Part shown: piece after piece, positions 58,990 through 64,000 of the stretch
Layout: each line of letters opens with the position of its first letter
Position numbering within the stretch: position 1 is the stretch's first letter
Assembly (NCBI GenBank): GCA_965153285.1
Contig: OZ229113.1
Reading direction: 5' to 3' (one strand)
DNA length: 64,000 nt
Source: Podarcis tiliguerta
Taxonomy: Eukaryota
Position numbers and translations under genes: made by a program
Notes under the pieces: generated by a model
Databases searched by the model: none
What the model saw: the letters and a program-made list of their open reading frames with translations, nothing else
What the model was told of the DNA's origin: nothing

Positions 58990-60200
58990 CATTATTTTGG
59001 ACAAAACAAGAAGGGAGGATATATTTTTGTGAATTGAATGATGGACACTTATATGGTCAAAGCAAAGCAATTCTCTTTTCTTTTTAACACATTAGAAATG
59101 CGATTCCATCTTTTGTTACTGCACTATCGCCTGGTGGATTCCTGTTGGTGGGTACACCCAGGGCGTCAGGGACTACAACTATTTATCTCCAGGTCCTATT
59201 CATTCTTACAACTGAATTACCATATTTTTCCATGTATAACATGCCCTCATGTATAAGACTCCCCCTATTTTGGGGGACTCCAAATTGAGAAAATGGGGGG
59301 CGATTGTATCTGTGTATAAGACGATCCACAATTCTGCACATAATTCTTTAATTAAAAAAAACTAGTCTTATACCCAGAAAAGTACGGTATGTGCTGGATT
59401 CTGGCCCCCTAGAGGTGCAGCTATAGGATGCCAAATTCTTCCTAACGCTATGTCAGACCATTCATCTCTATGGGCTACGTTGCAACTTAACTATGACTCA
59501 TCTATCCAATCGGTTTGGAGATGAGACTCAAATTTATTTAACAGGAAAAGCTCCATGCAACGTATTAAGAAATTGATAATGGAATATATTACATTTTATT
59601 TAGGCTCAAATCCAAATTTAGCTATTATAGGGGATGCTATGAAGGCCACAAACCAAGGATGTGCATAGCTGTAAAAAGAAAATTTAATAGGATAATCATT
59701 CTAATCAAACAACAGCTTTTACATTACATCTCAATTTTGGAAATTAAACAAAAGACCACAGTTTCAAGTAAAGCGTATAGGCAATTATTACTCAGTCTAA
59801 TGAAAGAATGTGAAGCCTGAAAAACTCAGCTACAAAATCTTTAAACTTTTTTAATCAATGATTTTATCAGGCTGGGAATTGAAACTCAAACCTATTAACT
59901 GATATGCTGAAGAAGAAAAAATATGCACATTTCTCTCTATATATAAAACAGAAAGGTGGAGTGTTTTCTGACAGTCAGTAATTAATTAAAACCTTTACCA
60001 AATAGTATTCTAAATTATATAGTTCCTTGAAACTTAATGAAGAAAACTACAAAACTAGCTATCCCTAAATTATAGCCTATCACCGATGAGCAAGGAAGAA
60101 TATTGTACAAACCTATTTCAGCAGAGGTCAAAACTTCCATAAATAAATAGAAAACCATCAGGGCTCCCAGTCCAGATAGCTGGGAACAAATTCAAAGGGA
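58990..60200 (+). mobile_element. Ancient L1/Tx1-like ORF2 remnant interrupted by a TA-flanked mariner-type MITE (59220-59387)
   Basis: Scattered endonuclease and linker motifs (GRIYF, DSCW..HP, SDHS, DAMKA) in broken frames; boundaries approximate. Confidence 0.45.
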
Positions 60201-60254
60201 ATTCAAATGCATGTCTGAAAGGTGTTTCTAGTGATACACTTAAATGCAACTTGT

Positions 60255-60594
60255 GGGTATCTAATAAAGGTTACTGCTGGAAGATTCAGGACAGATAAAA
60301 GAAAGCATTTAATGCAGTACATAATTAAACTATGGAATTGCTTCTTCGGAAAGCAGTGATGGCCACCAACTAAGATAGCTTCAAAAGATAATTAGATGAA
60401 TTCACAGAGCATAAGTCTATCAGTGGCTACTAGCCATGATATGCTCTGTCTCTGTAGTTTAGAAGCCATATGCTTTTGAAAGCCAGTTGCTGGAAACCAT
60501 AGGAAGGAAGAGAGCGCTTGTGCTCCTGTCCTGCTTGCTGGTTTCCCACAGGCATCTGGTCGGCCACTGTGAGAACAGGATGCTGAGCTAGATA
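60255..60594 (+). mobile_element. Old CR1 3' fragment
   Basis: GRFRTDKRK...IKLWN...VMATN remnant followed by a CR1-type 3' UTR. Confidence 0.65.
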
Positions 60595-60979
60595 GGGACG
60601 CAGGTGGCACTGTGGTCTAAACCACTTAGCCTCTTGGGCTTGCCAGTCAGAAGGTCAATAGTTTGAACCCCCAAGATGGGGTGAGCTCCCGTTGCTCTGT
60701 CCCAGCTCCTGCCAACCTAGCAGTTCGAAAGTATACCAGTGCAAGTAGATAAATAGGTACCGCTGCAGTGGAAAGGTAAACGACGTTTCCGTGTGCTCTG
60801 GTTTCTGTTATGGTGCTCTGTTGCACCACTAGCGGTTAGTCCTGTTGGCCACATGACCCAGAAAGCTGTCTGTAGACAAATGCCGGCTCCCTCCGCCTGA
60901 AAGCAAGATGAGCACCGCAACCCCATAGTCGCCTTTGACTGGACTTAACCATCCAGGGATCCTTTACCTTTTACCTTTT
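60595..60979 (+). mobile_element. Sauria SINE (older copy)
   Basis: GGGACGCAGGTGGCAC head and ACCTTT tail; many CpG decays. Confidence 0.88.
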
Positions 60980-61664
60980 ATTTACTGATGTAATACACCA
61001 GTAAATGGCAGCTGTTAGATCAGATAAACAGACACATGCAAAGGAAACACCCATCTGAAGATTAATTTGCCCAACATCTTCCTGCTTCATAATTTGAAAT
61101 GGTACCAAACATTCCAATCCACTTTAATAAAAGAAAGTTTGACATTTATGGATGAGAAGGAGAGGTCCTGCTCGATAACTAGCTAAACAGACTGGGGTCT
61201 CATGAGTTATCTGTGATCAGCACACAAGTGAGGAAACAGTTAACCGTTGCAAAATATATATGTATGTATGGTCATTTCCTGAGCTGCAGGGTGCTGCCAA
61301 AACAACATCTTCTCACTTACTTCCCATCCCATCACATGTGGCTCTTGCATGCTATGAACTACACACCAAAGCAGGTAAGTGCTACTTTGTCATCTAAAAC
61401 CTACATTCTATGAGATACGTGTGATTTTTCATGTCCCTTGTTTGATCCTAAGTTTTCTTGCAGTGAATTATGTCATGTCTACTGATTAGACCATCACAGA
61501 TGGCTTAACCAATTGCACATTGCTATCAAAGCAACGTGCATAACAGCTCGCAATCAACAACTAACTCAGGGAAAGGAACTGTGTTATTAAACAGCCACAA
61601 GTATTATTAAGATTAAATTAGGAACTGCTGTTAGAATTAAATTGGTTGTGTATAAGCTGACTAT

Positions 61665-61745
61665 GAAGACAGGAGTGCCTGGCGTGCTCTTGGTCCATGG
61701 TGTCACAAAGAGTCGGACACGACTGAACGACTAAACAACAACAAC
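61665..61745 (+). mobile_element. 81-bp BovB 3' end
   Basis: 11-bp TSD AAGCTGACTAT (61654-61664, 61746-61756); (CAA)n tail. Confidence 0.9.
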
Positions 61746-62631
61746 AAGCTGACTATTTTAAAGAGAAGTTGTATTGCATTTAAAAAACAAATGATTTAAT
61801 AAACCTTTCTGTACTTGAGACAGCCAAACAAATGAAGTAATGATATGCAGCAATTTTGAAACTGCTGTTCTAGCGGGGAAAGAGTGTGGGAGACAATCAT
61901 TTCGCACAACCCCTTTAAGAATTATTAGTATGTATCTTTATCAGGAAAGCAACATTTTCAGTCTTTTAATCACCACGAAAGCAGAACTTGGCTGCTTGCA
62001 GAATTCAACCGCAATTTTTAAAATCACAGTGCATAAAAGCAAACTGTGCTTATTGTCTCTTACATAGGCTAAAACAGTTTGTCGAAAGCGGCTTTTACAG
62101 ACAACTCCGGTCTATCCTCTTAATTGTAAAATAATTGCCAATTGCAGACCTATGGAAAATTTCAAGTACAGGAAAGTTTTTACGGTCTTTAGTGCTCCTC
62201 TAAGTCCACTTCACCATCTGTGTACCATTTTGGAATTAGCCAATTTGCTTATCTGCCTTTAATGTTATTTTTATTGTTAGTTCTTTAATCCATTCTGTCC
62301 GTAGTGGTTGGGGTTCGGGAGACCTGGCACCCCACACTCAGGCATGAAGCTCACTGGTCGATTTGGGGCCAGTCGTTCAAGCTAACCTACCATATTGTGT
62401 TGTTATGTAGGTAAAATAGGCTTCTTTAAGTAATGATGAGATAGAAATCTGACAAGATTAAACCCATGTACTCTTCGGCTAGTTGGATACATGCAATAGT
62501 TTTTAATTGACTTCTCATGATATATGTATACCTTCTCTGCTATATCTGGTACATGTGCATACTGACTGGTGTTTAGGCACATCCTTGATGCACATCATAT
62601 ATACGTGCACATATATGTATATCTTATAGAT

Positions 62632-62767
62632 CAGGCTTCCTCAACCTCGGCCCTCCAGATGTTTTTGGCCTACAACTCCCATCATCCCTAGCTAGCAGGA
62701 CCAGTGGTCAGGGATGATGGGAATCATAGTCTCAAAACATCTGGAGGGCTGAGGTTGAGGAAGCCTG
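62632..62767. mobile_element. Near-perfect hairpin hAT MITE
   Basis: TIR CAGGCTTCCTCAACCTC; TSD TTATAGAT / TTATAGGT. Confidence 0.88.
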
Positions 62768-62787
62768 TTATAGGTTGTACAATGGTA

Positions 62788-62788
62788 T

Positions 62789-62842
<54 letters not shown>
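62788..62842. repeat. (TTTC)n microsatellite
   Basis: Seen directly. Confidence 0.95.
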
Positions 62843-62843
<1 letters not shown>

Positions 62844-62988
62844 CCAAACCTTCATTAGGCATTACAGATATAGACCATCTTAAAAGATCCATATACAAAC
62901 ATCTAAAAATATATACAAAGAAGCAGCCATATATAGTAACAGAAATTTTCATTGGAGTGTCCTCCCACTAAATCATGTCATTCACCAC

Positions 62989-63451
62989 TGTGGTTTTCAA
63001 CCAGTGTGCCGTGGCACCCTGGGGTGCCTTGAATGGTGGTCAGGGGTGCTGCAAGCAACACTAGACTCTGTCCCTCTTTCCTTTCCTCCCTCCTCTGATG
63101 CCCTCTCGCTTCTCTGTCTCCCAAAGGGTTTGTTGCAGCAGCCTTGGCTACAAGCTGCCCCGGAGAATGGAGCCTCTGGAGCTGGCCAGGGGTGCTTCTC
63201 AGACCCCTGTGGGGCAGTTTGAGGAGGCACCTCTCTTTGGGGTGGGATGGGACAGCTCAGAGACCAGCAGCAGCTGTGATTGTCCAGAGGACTCCCAAGG
63301 AGGGGAGAGGAGAGAGAAGGCTGGGGGTTTGAAAAGGGGTGAGGGGCTGTCGGCTCTGCATAACATAACATAACTGGGCTCCTGGACTCCACAGTTGCAG
63401 AAAGAATGTTGGTCAAGGCAGCCATGGTCCCAAAAAGGATGAAAACCTCTG
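62989..63451. mobile_element. Older hAT (Charlie-like) element
   Basis: Ends CTGTGGTTTTCAACC / GGATGAAAACCTCTG; TSD not resolved. Confidence 0.5.
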
Positions 63452-64000
63452 TATTAGTACATAGTTACCTTTGGGGTTTCGCTACAAAACAAATACTTGC
63501 AGTGCTTGAGTATGATGTAAATATCTTTGCCATCTTCTGCAATTTATTTGTAGAGGACCTCAAATAGCATTTTAGTGTTGTCTCCACCCCCCACCCCCAT
63601 TATAACCTTGGCTGGTATATTATTGCAAAACACAGCAGCACCAGGTGCAATGCATTTTGTGGGAAGACTGTGATTTACCATATACATAGTTTCATGAATG
63701 AAAAAAGGGAAAGTTTGGGTTCGGATAAGCAAAGTACATCTGTAGGAAACCACATACCAGTAATCAGAATAAACTTCCAGGCAGCTGAAGTTGGAGTAGT
63801 CACCCAGGGGAAAGATCGTAAGTATAGTCTAAGACCATGTTTGCACCATCAGTTCACACAAGTGGATTCAAAAGAAGAGAATACTTCATTCACCAGGAAT
63901 CGTGTGACCTGACCTTCCTGTAGTGAGGATAACCCCACCAATAAATCTCCTGCACTATTCACTGGTATATAGGTGTGAATATTGCACATTCCTTCTGTGC

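Noticed and set aside
62997-63425. 142-aa ORF
   Set aside because: Lies within a probable hAT element; low complexity and no transposase motifs.

Overview
This is vertebrate nuclear DNA, not prokaryotic. Sauria SINEs, a BovB LINE and the SINE/MITE content indicate a squamate reptile, probably a lacertid lizard (inference). Three protein-coding genes lie in the same order and orientation as the human pseudoautosomal PAR1 block. ASMT/HIOMT is complete on the minus strand (8 coding exons, 346 aa, 10283 to 202). AKAP17A is complete on the minus strand (4 coding exons, 682 aa, 25805 to 17371; CpG-island promoter near 27.5-28.2 kb). A divergently transcribed P2RY8-like GPCR lies on the plus strand (single coding exon, 43802-44860). 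Between them is a dense transposon landscape: a full-length, ORF-intact BovB LINE with a 12-bp target-site duplication (TSD), three BovB derivatives, five Sauria SINEs, two tRNA-derived SINEs, Rex1/Babar, CR1, L1 and L2 fragments, a solo LTR, and many hAT and Tc1/mariner MITEs. I found no CRISPR array, rRNA or true tRNA gene, and no convincing wholly new gene system. The best leads are a perfect 80-bp palindrome made of two back-to-back Penelope-type minimal hammerhead ribozyme motifs, an apparently competent BovB with its SINE partner, a two-subfamily BovB chimera, a candidate poison exon in AKAP17A, a sense-oriented solo LTR upstream of ASMT, and the divergence of the P2RY8-like receptor. 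All family assignments come from recognising motifs by eye; no database search was run.
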